Shown here: positions 1 to 11,415 of the stretch, one piece after another
Numbering within the stretch: the stretch's first letter is position 1
How the letters are laid out: every line of letters begins with the position of its first letter
Virus record (IMG/VR): IMGVR_UViG_3300042875_000419
DNA from: a virus
Lineage: Duplodnaviria; Heunggongvirae; Uroviricota; Caudoviricetes
DNA length: 64,000 bases
Strand: one strand, 5' to 3'
Position numbers and translations under genes: made by a program
The notes under the pieces: model-generated
Databases searched by the model: none
What the model saw: only the letters and a program-made list of their open reading frames with translations
Told to the model about the DNA's origin: nothing

Positions 1-3000
1 GACCAGCACCTTGACCAATGAAGGTGTTGTGGGAGCCAGTGGTGTTGTTGCGGCCGGCACAGCGACCAATGAAGGTGTTGTAGCTACCGGTGGTGTTGCT
101 GAAACCAGCACATTGACCAGCAAAGAAGTTGTCTCTGCCAGTGGTGTTGCAGAGACCAGCAGAGTTACCAAAGAAGGTGTTGTAGTTACCGGTGGTGTTG
201 AAGAAACCAGCACAGCGACCAATGAAGTTGTTACTGTCGCCGCCAGTGGTGTTGCAGCGGCCAGCACAGAATCCAGCAAAGAAGTTGTTGGTACCTCCAC
301 CGCCTGTGCCACTTATACAACTTACAATGTTTGTTGTATTACATACGTTGAAACTTGTGGTACCTTGTGCACCTATGGGTCCGATAGGTCCTTGTGGTCC
401 AATAGGTCCGATTGGTCCAATAGGTCCAATAGGTCCGATGGGTCCGATAGGTCCCTGTGGTCCAATATTACCAATAGGTCCAATAGGTCCCTGTGGTCCA
501 GTATTACCAATGGGTCCGATAGGTCCTTGTGGTCCAATAGGTCCAATAGGTCCAATAGGTCCAATAGGTCCTTGTGGTCCAATAGGTCCAATAGGTCCAA
601 TAGGTCCCTGTGGTCCGATAGGCCCGATTGGTCCAATAGGTCCCTGTGGTCCAATAGGTCCGATTGGTCCGATGGGTCCCTGTGGTCCAGTATTACCAAT
701 GGGTCCGATAGGTCCTTGTGGTCCGATAGGCCCGATTGGTCCAATAGGTCCTTGTGGTCCAATAGGTCCGATTGGTCCAATAGGTCCTTGTGGTCCGATG
801 GGTCCGATTGGTCCGATGGGTCCCTGTGGTCCAGTATTACCAATGGGTCCAATAGGTCCTTGTGGTCCGATAGGTCCGATTGGTCCAATAGGTCCTTGTG
901 GTCCAATAGGTCCTTGTGGTCCAATAGGTCCGATTGGTCCAATAGGTCCGATTGGTCCAATAGGTCCGATTGGTCCAATAGGTCCTTGTGGTCCAATGTT
1001 ACCTGCTCTAGTGAATTGCACCATCACTAAATCATTGTCAGTGAATGTGCCCACACCAGAAACGTATGTGAGAACAACTGTTCTGAAGCCTGTTGAATCT
1101 GTTACTGTACCTATAGCAAATACTGCATATTTCGATGTTGGTGAACCAAACACAGAAAGTCTGATGTAACCTTTGATTGCACTGTTTGATTGACCCCATT
1201 CTGTAAGTATGGTAGAAATATCATTACCATATGTGTCAAGGTTATCAAAGTAACCAGCGGTTGCAGAAGAAATTGTAGCATTGTTCAGTCGGAAGAAACC
1301 TGCACCAGGGTCTGCGGCTGTAATTGTTGTTGAATACTGTTGTGCAACACCAAGAACTGCACCGGAGTTAACAACGTTGGAAGAAATTCTTGAATTTACA
1401 TCCAACCTCATCTGATTGATTCTGTTTGCTGTAGCGGCTTGTGTTGTACTTGTGCTTGTATCAGTGTCGTTCAACTGAACAATACCAGCATTGTTTACGT
1501 TAGCTGTATACTTTTCAGTAACGATTGTATTAAATGTGTTAGGGTTAGCACCAGAAATCTCACGTATTTTCCACATGCTATCAGCATTATCAAATCTAAT
1601 ATAAGCATTTGGTGAGAAAGCTGGACCAATTGTACTTGTTCCAAGATTTGTTGTAAGTGTTCCCGCTGAAACATTAACAGTAACAACAAAAGTAAATGAA
1701 GTCGAGTTTACATTTGTTACAGTCCAAGTACCATTCAATTTAGTTTGTTGTGTACCTGTTGCACCTGCAACTGTTATGGATTGTCCAGTGGCTACTGTAA
1801 CTGCACCGGCATGGTTACATGTTACAGTTGTAGTTCCATCACCAACAAAGTTTGTTGGTGTTATACCAGAAGTTGTCGATAACTGTCGTTGTACACCGAA
1901 TTGTGCGGTTTGTGATGCTGTGATTGGTGTTGCACCGTACAAGTCAAACTCTGCGGAGTTATAAACTGTGCCACCATCGATAACAAAGTTACCTTTAACA
2001 GTTAAATCTTTACCAGCAATAATTGAGTTGTTTGCAAAGATGTTATTTACGTTGATATTTGCAGTGTAAATGTCTGTATTAGCAGTCAAGAACTTTACGT
2101 TAATGTTATCAACAACAGAAATATATTGTACGTTTGCAGATTGTAGGTTAGCTATACCATTGGATGTTAATCTGTTCGTATATACATGTGTGACTGCTGA
2201 AATTGAACCAGCGTTCATAGTGTTTGCGTTAGCAATACCAACAATATTAGCCGAAGCGGCATTGATAGCGTTAATAATGTTTGCTGAACCACCAGAGAGT
2301 GTGGTGTTAGCCGTGATTGTACCACCGACTAAGGATGTGTTGGCAATTATCGTAGCAATTCTAGCGGAGCCGGCATCTAATAAACCAACTACGTTAGCTG
2401 AACCAACATTCAATTGGGTATTAGCCGTGATTGTACCACCGACTAAGGATGTGTTGGCAATTATCGTAGCAATTCTAGCGGAGCCGGCATCCAGTAGGCC
2501 AACAATGTTAGCCGAATCGGCATTTAGTTGTGTGTTAGCAGTGATTGTACCACCAATAACTGTTGTCACCGCAGACAATGTGCCAGTGTTCATAGTGTTT
2601 GCGTTAGCAATACCAACAATGTTAGCAGAACCACCAGATAGTATAGTGTTAGCCGTGATTGTACCACCAATTAATCCAGTGTTAGCAACAATATTTCCAC
2701 CTTGAATTCTGGTGGAGAATGATTCTGTTGTTGTTACATATGAATTTGAATTCAATGACATTACATACGCAGTACTGGATGTATATAATGATGCTGTGTT
2801 CACCATTGTGTTGGCGGAAACGGAATCTACATTCAATTGACCAGCCAAAACTGCCGATCCAGCAACGTTCAAAGTTCCAAGTGATGTGATGGAACTATTG
2901 GCGGCCAATGTTGTTGAATCTACGGTATTAGCATAGAGAATGCCAGTGTTAACGTATGAGTTAGCAGTAATACCTTTAATGTTTGCCGTATCCGCATAAA

Positions 3001-4621
3001 CAATTCTAGTGTTAACAAAAATGTTAGCCGATAAACTATCAACGTTAGCCGTCAATGAATATACATTAGATGTGGTAACGTATGAATTCGAATTCAACGA
3101 CATTACATATGCATTGCTAGATGTATAGAGTGAAGCTGTATTGACAAAAGAATTGGCACTCAAGAAATTTGTATTAACACCAGTATTAGCAACCAGAGCA
3201 GCAGTTATAATGGTACTATTAGCCACTAAACCAGCGGTCACAATGGTACTATTAGCCACTAAACCAGCGGTCACAATGGTACTATTAGCCACTAAACCAG
3301 CGGTCACAACGCCCGTGTTGGCAACAACGGCAGTTGTTATAACTCCAGTATTAGCAACAATATTACCAGCCTGTAATCTGGTTGTAAATGTTTCTGTTGT
3401 GGTAACATAACTGTTGGAGTTTAACGACATTGCATATGCATTGCTAGACGTATATAATGTGGCCGTGTTAACAAAAACGTTAGCTGACACACTATTAACG
3501 TTGGCTGTTAATGAATATACATTGGATGTGGTAACATAGCTATTAGAATTCAATGACATTACATACGCATTACTGGATGTATATAATGATGCTGTGTTAA
3601 CAAATGAATTAGCACTTAAGAAGTTTGTGTTGACCGTATTATTGGCAACTAAACCGGCTGTTACCACGGTGTTATTGGCAACTAAACCGGCTGTTACCAC
3701 GGTGTTATTGGCAACTAAACCGGCTGTTACCACGGTGTTATTGGCAACAAGACCAGCAGTTGTAATACCAGTGTTGGCAACCATGTTACCAACTTGAAGC
3801 CTTGTAGTGAATGCCTCCGTTGTTGTAACATAGCTATTAGAATTCAATGACATTACATATGCATTGCTAGACGTATATAACGTGGCGGTGTTAACAAAAA
3901 CGTTAGCCGATAAACTATCAACGTTAGCCGTCAATGAATATACATTAGATGTGGTAACGTATGAATTCGAATTCAACGACATTACATACGCATTACTGGA
4001 TGTATATAATGATGCTGTGTTAACAGATACGTTAGCTGAAATTGTTCTTGCGTTAACTGCACCAGCAACGTTTGCCCAACCAGCATTAATTTCTAAGTTT
4101 GCAGTTAAGTTTTGTGTATAAGCTGTTGATGTATAAAGTGTTGCGGATTGTACCCAAGTATTTGAAATAATGTTGGCAACTCTTGTATTACCACCAACAA
4201 CTAAATTGTTTGCAAGTGTTGTGTTACCATTAAGGATAGTATTATTTGCAACATAAAGGCTAGGACCACCTGCATTATTCAAGCCCGTCCCTAGAACCTG
4301 TAAGTTTGCGATGTTAGCCACACCTGCAACGTTAAGTCCAAGACCTATTGTGTTCGCCGCAAATATTGTGCCCTGAGAAACTGTTAAGTTATTCTGAATT
4401 GTCGCAGAAGAACCGGTGCCAGTAACTTGAAAAGAACCTTGAACAATTGCATCATTTGCAACTTGTAAACCAGTTCCGGCGGAATTGATAATAAAAGTAC
4501 CGGTATTTTTGGTATAATTGTTCGCACCAATATCATTGGTTTCCGCCAACACTTTATTGGTTGTAGTTACCCAATCACCAAACGTGTTGGCATAACTTAG
4601 AGGTGTAATTTGATTAGCCAT
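1..4621 (-). CDS. Giant tail-fibre-like structural protein, partial. ATG is at 4621-4619 and the ORF runs off the window start, so more than 1540 codons are visible. Internal tandem repeats; large collagen-like Gly-X-Y domain toward the C-terminus.
   Basis: Hand translation of the reverse strand from ATG 4621 ([29 protein letters not shown]...) stays open to position 1. Frame re-checked at ~4600, ~2000, ~1000 and 1-370 with no stops. Composition is fibre-like (N/T/S/G/A/V-rich, repeated [25 protein letters not shown] units). Its ATG overlaps the stop of the upstream 75-aa gene (ATGGCTAA). The ORF track misses it because it has no in-window stop. Confidence 0.6.
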   Translation of the reverse strand, partial: MANQITPLSYANTFGDWVTTTNKVLAETNDIGANNYTKNTGTFIINSAGTGLQVANDAIVQGSFQVTGTGSSATIQNNLTVSQGTIFAANTIGLGLNVAGVANIANLQVLGTGLNNAGGPSLYVANNTILNGNTTLANNLVVGGNTRVANIISNTWVQSATLYTSTAYTQNLTANLEINAGWANVAGAVNARTISANVSVNTASLYTSSNAYVMSLNSNSYVTTSNVYSLTANVDSLSANVFVNTATLYTSSNAYVMSLNSNSYVTTTEAFTTRLQVGNMVANTGITTAGLVANNTVVTAGLVANNTVVTAGLVANNTVVTAGLVANNTVNTNFLSANSFVNTASLYTSSNAYVMSLNSNSYVTTSNVYSLTANVNSVSANVFVNTATLYTSSNAYAMSLNSNSYVTTTETFTTRLQAGNIVANTGVITTAVVANTGVVTAGLVANSTIVTAGLVANSTIVTAGLVANSTIITAALVANTGVNTNFLSANSFVNTASLYTSSNAYVMSLNSNSYVTTSNVYSLTANVDSLSANIFVNTRIVYADTANIKGITANSYVNTGILYANTVDSTTLAANSSITSLGTLNVAGSAVLAGQLNVDSVSANTMVNTASLYTSSTAYVMSLNSNSYVTTTESFSTRIQGGNIVANTGLIGGTITANTILSGGSANIVGIANANTMNTGTLSAVTTVIGGTITANTQLNADSANIVGLLDAGSARIATIIANTSLVGGTITANTQLNVGSANVVGLLDAGSARIATIIANTSLVGGTITANTTLSGGSANIINAINAASANIVGIANANTMNAGSISAVTHVYTNRLTSNGIANLQSANVQYISVVDNINVKFLTANTDIYTANINVNNIFANNSIIAGKDLTVKGNFVIDGGTVYNSAEFDLYGATPITASQTAQFGVQRQLSTTSGITPTNFVGDGTTTVTCNHAGAVTVATGQSITVAGATGTQQTKLNGTWTVTNVNSTSFTFVVTVNVSAGTLTTNLGTSTIGPAFSPNAYIRFDNADSMWKIREISGANPNTFNTIVTEKYTANVNNAGIVQLNDTDTSTSTTQAATANRINQMRLDVNSRISSNVVNSGAVLGVAQQYSTTITAADPGAGFFRLNNATISSATAGYFDNLDTYGNDISTILTEWGQSNSAIKGYIRLSVFGSPTSKYAVFAIGTVTDSTGFRTVVLTYVSGVGTFTDNDLVMVQFTRAGNIGPQGPIGPIGPIGPIGPIGPIGPIGPQGPIGPQGPIGPIGPIGPQGPIGPIGNTGPQGPIGPIGPIGPQGPIGPIGPIGPQGPIGPIGPIGPQGPIGPIGNTGPQGPIGPIGPIGPQGPIGPIGPIGPQGPIGPIGPIGPQGPIGPIGPIGPIGPQGPIGPIGNTGPQGPIGPIGNIGPQGPIGPIGPIGPIGPIGPIGPQGPIGPIGAQGTTSFNVCNTTNIVSCISGTGGGGTNNFFAGFCAGRCNTTGGDSNNFIGRCAGFFNTTGNYNTFFGNSAGLCNTTGRDNFFAGQCAGFSNTTGSYNTFIGRCAGRNNTTGSHNTFIGQGAG
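356..1003 (-). repeat. Collagen-like Gly-X-Y tract, about 216 triplets (GPQ/GPI/GPC), inside the fibre gene.
   Basis: Minus-strand frame reads [20 protein letters not shown]..., continuous with the fibre ORF. The 9-nt periodicity ggtccaata/ggtccgatt is visible directly in the DNA. Confidence 0.7.
2280..4060 (-). repeat. Nested in-frame tandem repeats within the fibre gene. 33-nt units x3 at ~3211-3309 and ~3639-3737. ~115-nt units at 2303-2490. ~420-450-nt units recurring at ~2745, ~3095, ~3545 and ~3965.
   Basis: Near-identical DNA blocks. Examples: ttattggcaactaaaccggctgttaccacggtg x3; attcaatgacattacatacgcattactggatgtatataatgatgctgtg recurring four times. At protein level they give repeated ~150-aa fibre units. 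Confidence 0.65.
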
Positions 4622-4841
4622 TGCTGCCTTTGCCTATTAATTGCTTCAGTAGTTCTTTGATATCATTTACGTCAGATTTCACTGACGCAATCTCAGTCTT
4701 TATGTTATTTATTTCTTCTTTTTGCAAGGTCATCATTCTAACTTTAGAATAATATTCATCTCTAGCGGCACTGTCTTTGTTCAACAGCGCCATAGATTTA
4801 GTGTCACGTACAAATTTAGATTCTCTTACGTCAACTAACAT
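4614..4841 (-). CDS. Small coiled-coil protein (75 aa) between two giant fibre/structural genes. Possible fibre assembly chaperone, analogous to T4 gp57A.
   Basis: Heptad-like helical sequence ([27 protein letters not shown]). Start adjoins the upstream stop and its own stop overlaps the fibre ATG. The functional assignment is inference from position and composition only. Confidence 0.35.
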   Translation of the reverse strand: MLVDVRESKFVRDTKSMALLNKDSAARDEYYSKVRMMTLQKEEINNIKTEIASVKSDVNDIKELLKQLIGKGSNG

Positions 4842-4842
4842 A

Positions 4843-7800
4843 TTAAATACCTGATGGTAACGCTAGAACACGTAGGTCATGCACGATTGGAGTCTTTGTT
4901 GTATCTGATGTTGCAAGAACAATCTTAATTGCAAATTGGCCAAATGTTGTAAATGTGGAACCGCTGGTACTTGTATAAGAAATTTGATTATCTGCCTGGC
5001 CACCAGTACCTGGTGCAGCAACATACTCTCTAATGTCTTCTCGACTTAATGAGAATGAATTTGGAGATTCACCAATATTCGTCATTAATTTCCAGTTTTG
5101 GTCATTCAAAGCAACAGTATCGTTATTGTTCAATACTTTATAGTAAACATAAACTTGTGAACCTAGTGGTTTATATGCAGTATAGTATACTCTCAAATCA
5201 CCGGATATGTTATCGAAGGACAATACAACAGGTTTTGTTATATATCTTGCCAATCCGTTACCACCTTTGGCTGACGTTTCACCCGAAACGGTTGCTGTGG
5301 CAGAAATTGTACCGTTTGATGCGATAGTAATTGTTGGTGTTTCAATATAACCGGAGCCTGGAGTTGTAATATTAATCTTATCAACATAGAAACCAGTTGT
5401 TGCTGGGTTATATACCAAGTTTGCGGTAGCAAATGCTTGTGTGCCATCACCTGCTGTTGGTGCGGAGATTGTAACTGCTGGTGGTGTTGAAGAATAGTTT
5501 GCTGTTACACCAATGGTATTACCGGATGTCACATTAATATCTGTATTAGCCAACGACATATTATTAATGGAATACTTGATAACATAAACAGATGTTCCAT
5601 CATCAGCAACAACAGGAGAAACATACTTATCTGTTGTTGTCATTGATGCAGTTAATACAAACGAAGATGCTGAATTACTATCAATAACTCTTGGACCTTT
5701 TCCATCATCCAAATAGATATGATCTTGCATTGTAGTAGCATATCTGCCTGGCTGAACATCTCTTGTTGAATCGGTTGAATAGTCTGAATATAGTCTAGAT
5801 GTGTAAGTATAAGAGAGTGATGTTCCTGTTGGGGTGAAATCAGTAACCGTTACGTTAAAGGCATCAGCACGAACATCTCTACCAAAGTAGTTACCATCCA
5901 AGTTTGTCAAATTATTTCCTGTGTTTGCAAAATATTCCAAATCTGTGTTTATCAATTTTCTCATTGGTACTTGTTTTGGTACGATGTACTGTACTGTTGG
6001 TGCAGACAATGTATTGAACACACAATTATCAATTACAAACATCATTTGTTTTGTTTGATCGGCAGTCCAAGTAATACCATTTTGAGATTCAAATAATGAG
6101 CCAATATATGGTGTTCCACCAATTTTTGTCAGTGATGTTGGTGTTGCATCAGTTGGAAGATTCTTAACTGAAGAAGGAACTGCAATAGCATTTTGTGCAC
6201 CAACCCAAATTTCATAATCCGGAGTTGTTGTTTGTAACACAAATGCATACAAATTGCCTGGTCTGATATAAACGGGAGCATCAAATGTGAATTCCGTATA
6301 TGTTGAAGCATCCAAATATTGAGGTGCGTTTGAAACATTAATTTGCTGTGCAGTCCTAACCACCAATGTTCCATCAAGTGCTTGACCATCAGGATAACCA
6401 TTCACAGTATCAGTAATAAACAATCTCACTGCCGGTGAATTTGTTGCAGTTGGTTTAGATTTGAAGTAAACCTTAATAGAACTGATGAATGCACCATTTG
6501 GATACGTTGCTTTATCAATGATGAATGTCTGTGCAACAGGATCAACAGTGTAAGAAAATTGATTAATTAATACATTATCACGATTCTGTATTGATGTGAA
6601 CACGGTAGACTTGGCGGCCGCCTGCACTGTAGCACCAAAATTTAGTGACTGACTCTTTGTTGCAAGTGAGGATGCAGTAAAAATACCTTGTGCAAATGTT
6701 GTAGCCGAATTAGGATCAAAATCAGTTGATCGATTATCAACCCTCAACAGTCTATCACCCGTCTTGAATGTGTTGGCCGGCACTTGGAAAATGCCTGAAA
6801 AATTACCCTGTTCGTCCGTTGAGAGCATAGGAACTTGTCCTAAACTTCCAGCCTGTGAAATTAAGAATGTTGTTCCAGAAATAGAATAACCAGAATTAAT
6901 TCTACCTCTTACGGAAGGTGCACCAAAGGTTGTTTGGTTTGTGCCAAGAGAAATATTTACTGGTGTTCCAAGTGTGGCAACTTTTGTTGTACCATTGTAT
7001 GCTGTAATTGTGGCAGAATAATATTCATTTTTATTCTCCCATGTTGTGATATCACCGTAAACATCTTCAAGCCACGCTGCACTTTCCCAATCACCCACCC
7101 ATTGTTGTCCAATTACTGCTCTGGTTACAATCGCTCTTTGATTTACGGTGGTGATATTAACTTTCGAACCAACATAAAAATCTGTTACAGAAGATGCTGT
7201 TGGACCAAGTGTAAGTGATGTTACACTGGAGTAATATGTTCCGCCACCAGGTAAAGTTGATGCTGATCCGGTTGATGCTTGAATTTCACCACTCAAAGAA
7301 ATTTGTGTAGCTGTTGCATTCGAATATGTTCCAAAAGCTGTATTAGCTATGTATGTTCCAGTTTGGTCAAATCTCGCATTCTGCATTATCGCATTTGTGC
7401 TGTATGTAGATGATTTTTTATCAGAAGAAATATACAGTCTTACAGAAGTCGAACTCAGTTTCGTTGCAGATAAAACCCGACCTGTTGGTGTAAATGTTCC
7501 TGCTGTGAAGAAACCTACCACATCACCTTCATCGAATGTTCCGTTAACATTTGTTAATGTTATTGCATTTGGCTGAATAAAATAATCATTTACTTTTACA
7601 TTATCAAAAAATACGGAAACAGGGGTATTAATCTTCATACCTTTCGCACGAACAATTAAATTTTGGCCACGAATATATGGCAACAAGGTCACATCGGTCA
7701 AATAAGTTCCATTCAATGATGAAACTTTATCATAGTTTCCAGAAATGGTTTGTTGTGCTTGACTCTGGTATGTACTTACTGTAACTCTATTTCCAACCTG

Positions 7801-10800
7801 AGTTGTTGCGCTATAAGTTGTGCCAGCAATTCCTTGCCAATCCGTAGCCGCCAACTGATTGAGGGTTGTACCTGCCTGATAGATTGACATATTTGGATCA
7901 GTGATAAGAATATCTGGATCTCTCGTTGTAGAAATCCACATATCCAAAGGCGGATTAATATCAAGTAAGCCTTCACCAATAGTAACTGCAAATGGATTCA
8001 AACTGACAGTGCTACTCGCTAATTTTTGTACAGCCAAATTGGCTGTTGTGTACGGTAAAGTGATTAATGATGAAGCGCCACCAGTTGATGTGTGGTATTT
8101 GTATCCTAATGTTGTTTGTGCGGCCGCAGAAAGACTTCCATATGCATTGAAACCATCTTTAGCAAACAAAGGAGCATTCAAAACCCAATCTGTTGCAGTC
8201 ATTAACGAAAGACGTTTATTAATTTTTGCGGAATAGTCTGAATTTCCTGTGTCTGCTGTTGAAAAACTTGTGAAGTTATCAACAAGAATACCGTTCTTGA
8301 AACGATTCAAACCTCTTGCATCAGGCACCTGCAAATCTGCCGCTTGTTTTTCCAACAAACTCAGTGAAGTGTAATATTCAATATTGTTAACACGTGTTTG
8401 TAGGTCCGAAATATCAGACATTGCCCAACGTCTGTGTTGTACCTTTTCAAATGAAAGGTTTGGCATAACACGGTAATTTGAATCACCTGGTAAATATGCG
8501 GTATAAGGATCGAGTGTAATTTTTCCTAGTAGCAAACTTCCATCCGGTGTTGTCGGGAAAGTTGGATTGTTTGCTGGTTTACCATTAACAATTGTAAAAT
8601 TATTATCTTTTGTTAGAACAAGCAGGTCTTTTCTACCAAGATAATATGTGTAATCGGTTATGAAATTTGACAAATCTTGTGGTAGAAGTGTACCACCAGT
8701 TGTTGCAATTGAACCAGAATATCGGAAAGCAAAAGTGGATTGTGCATTCACTTGTGAAAGTCTGAAGTCAATTGCATCCCTCAACGTATATGTTGTACCG
8801 GCTTTACTTGTATAAGAACTAATTTCAGCATAGTTTTCTGGACTGGTTGATACACCACCATCTCCAGCACCAAGGTATGAGTTCACTGAGAAATAACCAT
8901 CACCACCAGAATGTAGATAATAGTCCAACAATACTAATAATGCACCTTTAGGTTGAGGTCCACCAGGTTTCAATCTAAATGATGAATGACCATAGTATGA
9001 ATCTGTTTGACCATTATCAAACAAGAAATTATTGGTAACATCATATGCAGAATTCGTCAACATTGCATTTGTTGGAATAGTAGTTGGTGTTCCAGTATCA
9101 ATAATTTTAACGATTCGCTTAACGTCAGAGATATACAATGATTGTTTTGAACCTGGAGTAACCAAGTTTACATATGGAATGTAAACCTGTGCATTGGTTA
9201 AGTCAACACGAACGCCACCAACGTTTGTGCCAGTTAAGTTGACGCCAGTTGTATTTGCTGTGAAAAGATTTTTAGATTTCAATGCAAGTGATGTTGTTCC
9301 AGCGTTTGTGACTGCAACTTTTGCAATGATTGTAGCAGTAAATGTGGATGATCCTGCTGTGAGTGTAGCAATCTTTTTCGTTGAATCTAGTTCGATCTTA
9401 CGTGTTCCCGAACCTGTTGTGAAGTTGATAACGTTACCTGTACCAAAACCACTAGATTGTCCATCAGTAACAACAACAATCCAGTTAGTCTGTACTTCAG
9501 ACGAAGATTGAATTGCGGATGATGTGCCGTTAAATGTTAAATCGGCAGTGCCTAAGTTGAACTGCGCCACACCAGATGCAAACGAAACTGCTCTTGTTGT
9601 TTTCCAAGAACTGTAAGATGTGTCAGACAAGTTAAAGAGATATGGATAACCTACATTGAACAATAGTTCCGGAGATACACCGTTAAAGAGAGTTGTATTT
9701 CCGTTGCTTACATTGTTTGGCACTTTACCGACAATAGGATCAATACCAGCAGATGCAGACCTATTGAAACCTGTGGAAGTTGGAACAACCATCATGTTAT
9801 AATTTTTAGTATCAAACCTCAATGAGAAGGTTGAACTTGAAGTTGGTGCAACTGTGAAAGGATTTTCAACTGTTGCAGTTTTTGTCGCTTCATTATAGCT
9901 AACAATTCTTCCAGAGTAACCAGCACCTGGTCCAGAATCAATTGTAAGTGTTACGTTGAAGTAGGTATTTGCTACTGTTCCATTAAACTTACCGGTTGTG
10001 TCAGTGAAAACAACGTTACCCGCAGGTGTTGCGGAAGATACGGCGCCGGTCAATACAGAACTTTGGAAATCGGAGACATATGCTTTATACACATATGATT
10101 GTGTGTTTGCGGCATCTGTTGCAGAATAGTGTGACAATCCACGTAGGTATCCTGAACCAACTTTAGTTGAATTATAAGTTGTTGTGTTTGTTGTCACAAG
10201 TGAACTGTTTGCGTTGATACAGTGAAAATCAACAGCAACAATCGCAGAGGTATCAAACACACCATTTGCGTTGTTCACATACAAAAAGTTACCATAATCT
10301 ACAGACAGGAAGTTATTGTTAATCGATGCGGTGGTTCTAGCACGTGTCGTTTCTAGTGTCGTATCGAGTGTATTTTCTACACGATAACCTTTGTTGTATG
10401 CAACACCTTTACCAACTTGCAATTGATATGTTGTATTTGAACTGCCTGCTGTTGTGTTCGCTTTTGGAATAACTTTAAAATCTTGAACAACAAAGTCTCC
10501 GTTTGTATCATATGTTCTTTTTGCAAAGTAATCGTTGATAACACCATAAACTGTACCATCAACAAGGCGCTGTACTGTGCCTTCCGTAATGCGTGTGAGT
10601 TCGATAAATCCAGAATCGGAACCAAGAGTAAGATTTTTGGTGTCCAATGTTAACGTAATTGTGTAACGGTCTGCACCAGGTGCTTGATAGTTTGTGGCAC
10701 CAACAGCAGGATCCAACAAAGCTGGATCTGTCACATAGTCGGAAACAAATTCGGAAATGGATAAACCAATACGTTTCGTTGGTGTATTTCCATATTTTTG

Positions 10801-11406
10801 AACAATGATAGTTTGTGGTTGTAGAGAAACAAAGTTACCAATTGAGTAACGTGAATATGTTCCATCATCATTTTGTACATCAGAGAAAGAATAACCATTT
10901 ATGATGTAGAAAACACCCTCAGAAACGGACGCCGTACAAGATAGTCCCGTAAAATCGGTTGGAACAATTTGTGCCGTTGTTGATGTGGTTGATGAATAGA
11001 TTATATCAGAAGCGGAGAATTGTTTACCTGATAGGTATGTAACAATAAGTGTTGGAGAATCTGTGGATGTTGCTTCTTCTGTAGCTACAACTTTAGCATA
11101 AATTGTACCAGTACCGTCTGTAATGATTTGATTTAAAAAATCTGATGCTGTAATATCATTGTCATTATAAGTGGTATTCAGTCTCAAATAAACGGCATTT
11201 GTGTTTATTGTAACCTGGCCACCGGAAACAGGAGTATTCTGTTTAAAAATGTGATTAGCAAACTTACTAATCTGGTCTTGGAGTATGGTTTGAGATTGTG
11301 TTAATTCTCTAGCCTGCACTGCACGACCTGGACGGAACAGAACTCTATGGTAATGGTTGTTTGGATCGAAATCGTCGTAGTATGGATCGACATTGAAGTT
11401 AAGCAT
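4843..11406 (-). CDS. Giant structural protein (2187 aa), baseplate/fibre-associated. Sits after gp8, i.e. in the gp9-gp12 position.
   Basis: Single uninterrupted ORF. N/T/S/G-rich beta-type composition typical of phage fibre and baseplate proteins. Lies within the baseplate module. Confidence 0.55.
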   Translation of the reverse strand: MLNFNVDPYYDDFDPNNHYHRVLFRPGRAVQARELTQSQTILQDQISKFANHIFKQNTPVSGGQVTINTNAVYLRLNTTYNDNDITASDFLNQIITDGTGTIYAKVVATEEATSTDSPTLIVTYLSGKQFSASDIIYSSTTSTTAQIVPTDFTGLSCTASVSEGVFYIINGYSFSDVQNDDGTYSRYSIGNFVSLQPQTIIVQKYGNTPTKRIGLSISEFVSDYVTDPALLDPAVGATNYQAPGADRYTITLTLDTKNLTLGSDSGFIELTRITEGTVQRLVDGTVYGVINDYFAKRTYDTNGDFVVQDFKVIPKANTTAGSSNTTYQLQVGKGVAYNKGYRVENTLDTTLETTRARTTASINNNFLSVDYGNFLYVNNANGVFDTSAIVAVDFHCINANSSLVTTNTTTYNSTKVGSGYLRGLSHYSATDAANTQSYVYKAYVSDFQSSVLTGAVSSATPAGNVVFTDTTGKFNGTVANTYFNVTLTIDSGPGAGYSGRIVSYNEATKTATVENPFTVAPTSSSTFSLRFDTKNYNMMVVPTSTGFNRSASAGIDPIVGKVPNNVSNGNTTLFNGVSPELLFNVGYPYLFNLSDTSYSSWKTTRAVSFASGVAQFNLGTADLTFNGTSSAIQSSSEVQTNWIVVVTDGQSSGFGTGNVINFTTGSGTRKIELDSTKKIATLTAGSSTFTATIIAKVAVTNAGTTSLALKSKNLFTANTTGVNLTGTNVGGVRVDLTNAQVYIPYVNLVTPGSKQSLYISDVKRIVKIIDTGTPTTIPTNAMLTNSAYDVTNNFLFDNGQTDSYYGHSSFRLKPGGPQPKGALLVLLDYYLHSGGDGYFSVNSYLGAGDGGVSTSPENYAEISSYTSKAGTTYTLRDAIDFRLSQVNAQSTFAFRYSGSIATTGGTLLPQDLSNFITDYTYYLGRKDLLVLTKDNNFTIVNGKPANNPTFPTTPDGSLLLGKITLDPYTAYLPGDSNYRVMPNLSFEKVQHRRWAMSDISDLQTRVNNIEYYTSLSLLEKQAADLQVPDARGLNRFKNGILVDNFTSFSTADTGNSDYSAKINKRLSLMTATDWVLNAPLFAKDGFNAYGSLSAAAQTTLGYKYHTSTGGASSLITLPYTTANLAVQKLASSTVSLNPFAVTIGEGLLDINPPLDMWISTTRDPDILITDPNMSIYQAGTTLNQLAATDWQGIAGTTYSATTQVGNRVTVSTYQSQAQQTISGNYDKVSSLNGTYLTDVTLLPYIRGQNLIVRAKGMKINTPVSVFFDNVKVNDYFIQPNAITLTNVNGTFDEGDVVGFFTAGTFTPTGRVLSATKLSSTSVRLYISSDKKSSTYSTNAIMQNARFDQTGTYIANTAFGTYSNATATQISLSGEIQASTGSASTLPGGGTYYSSVTSLTLGPTASSVTDFYVGSKVNITTVNQRAIVTRAVIGQQWVGDWESAAWLEDVYGDITTWENKNEYYSATITAYNGTTKVATLGTPVNISLGTNQTTFGAPSVRGRINSGYSISGTTFLISQAGSLGQVPMLSTDEQGNFSGIFQVPANTFKTGDRLLRVDNRSTDFDPNSATTFAQGIFTASSLATKSQSLNFGATVQAAAKSTVFTSIQNRDNVLINQFSYTVDPVAQTFIIDKATYPNGAFISSIKVYFKSKPTATNSPAVRLFITDTVNGYPDGQALDGTLVVRTAQQINVSNAPQYLDASTYTEFTFDAPVYIRPGNLYAFVLQTTTPDYEIWVGAQNAIAVPSSVKNLPTDATPTSLTKIGGTPYIGSLFESQNGITWTADQTKQMMFVIDNCVFNTLSAPTVQYIVPKQVPMRKLINTDLEYFANTGNNLTNLDGNYFGRDVRADAFNVTVTDFTPTGTSLSYTYTSRLYSDYSTDSTRDVQPGRYATTMQDHIYLDDGKGPRVIDSNSASSFVLTASMTTTDKYVSPVVADDGTSVYVIKYSINNMSLANTDINVTSGNTIGVTANYSSTPPAVTISAPTAGDGTQAFATANLVYNPATTGFYVDKINITTPGSGYIETPTITIASNGTISATATVSGETSAKGGNGLARYITKPVVLSFDNISGDLRVYYTAYKPLGSQVYVYYKVLNNNDTVALNDQNWKLMTNIGESPNSFSLSREDIREYVAAPGTGGQADNQISYTSTSGSTFTTFGQFAIKIVLATSDTTKTPIVHDLRVLALPSGI

Positions 11407-11415
11407 TTTTGTCCT

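Noticed and set aside
11-1169. Plus-strand ORFs 11..1030 and 192..1169, the latter reading as collagen-like [11 protein letters not shown].
   Set aside because: They are the antisense of the minus-strand fibre ORF, which is continuous from 4621 to 1 and also reads Gly-X-Y. All surrounding genes are on the minus strand. The quasi-palindromic GGNCCN repeat explains why both strands read as collagen.
3211-3737. Regular 33-nt tandem repeats that could be mistaken for a CRISPR array or a VNTR locus.
   Set aside because: The repeats are contiguous and in-frame, with no unique spacers. They encode repeated fibre beta-strand units ([11 protein letters not shown] x3, [11 protein letters not shown] x3).
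2070-4121. Plus-strand ORFs 2070..2705, 3141..3410, 3594..3797 and 3864..4121 with repetitive VLATKPAVT-type products.
   Set aside because: These are shadow ORFs opposite the repeat-containing fibre gene. The minus frame is open throughout, and the plus ORFs are short and interrupted.
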